NCBI GenBank assembly: GCA_965214935.1
Contig: CBDCCS010000022.1
Span: 672,001-736,000 of the forward strand
Length of the DNA stretch: 64,000 nt
Source: Candidatus Velthaea sp.
GTDB lineage: Bacteria; Vulcanimicrobiota; Vulcanimicrobiia; Vulcanimicrobiales; Vulcanimicrobiaceae
Reading direction: 5' to 3'
Below the pieces are notes generated by a model, which saw only the letters and a program-made list of their open reading frames with translations, did not search any database and was not told the origin of the DNA. How positions within the stretch are numbered: position 1 is the stretch's first letter; each line of letters opens with the position of its first letter. The position numbers and the translations under genes are program-made. Below are positions 63,592-64,000 of this stretch, one piece after another.

Positions 63592-64000
63592 GGAAGGAGA
63601 CTCCCTATCGGGCGATTTCGCCCCGGAATTCTCCGGTTATGGGCGGGATACTTTCAAGGGGCGGCGTCAGGACTTGCATTCATTCAATGTGAAATTCACA
63701 TGGATACGTTTTCATATTTGCTTTGATTCAATGTGAAATTCAGCACGCCAGAATTAATGTCATCGTGGTTGCGTCTAATTGTTTTGGGCAAGAAAAAACC
63801 CCGCTATAGCGAGGCTCTTTCTCTTACGGTTTCGACGTTTTGCGGCGACTTTCACATTGAATCGCCTTTTCACACTGAATACGCGAATTCGACTATTCAG
63901 CGTGAGACAACACTAGAACGGAATCTCGTCGTCGAGTTGCTCTTCGTCGAGGCTTGCGCTGGAACCGTTCGTGCGGTTCATCGAGCGGACGTTGTCGTAC

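Larger units (their letters stand above)
62454..63669 (-). mobile_element. IS3-family insertion sequence (IS407-group-like), 1216 bp
   Basis: TG...CA ends with imperfect IRs (TGAGGTTGCCCC..GTATCC / TGACGCCGCCCC..GTATCC); 4-bp target duplication GGAC at 62450-62453 and 63670-63673. Confidence 0.93.
62377..63921 (+). repeat. ~320-bp direct repeat, copy 2, interrupted by the IS3 element
   Basis: 62377-62453 and 63674-63921 align end to end with 49164-49484. Confidence 0.9.

Overview
Bacterial chromosomal window of about 60% GC; the last ~15 kb is visibly more AT-rich. The host cannot be fixed from sequence alone; the secreted accessory proteins suggest a soil/acidophilic lineage such as Eremiobacterota (unverified inference). 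From left to right: the end of a sugar ABC operon with a tagatose/psicose 3-epimerase; DUF389 and a CPA1 antiporter; Uma2, VOC and TPR-GGDEF genes; divergent oxyR-katG; a decaying accessory zone (Gly-rich secreted protein, two YSPLW/NCP paralogs, a Met-rich protein, a frameshifted HiPIP/Cyc2-like/cytochrome c/Crp module, gene relics); an NCS1 permease and hydantoin racemase; a complete propane-monooxygenase-type (group 5 SDIMO) cluster with its own GroEL, an embedded catalytically dead integrase-like gene and a divergent AcoR-GAF histidine kinase/OmpR pair; and a ~14.7-kb island bounded by ~320-bp direct repeats that carries a type I R-M system and an IS3 element. The most striking feature lies in that island: a tRNA gene with a full tRNA-Ser body but a Val (GAC) anticodon, directly behind a DUF5343-like gene and facing a toxin-antitoxin-like gene pair. 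It is a candidate mistranslating-tRNA system. No CRISPR array or rRNA was seen. All family assignments come from motif recognition by eye, not from database searches.
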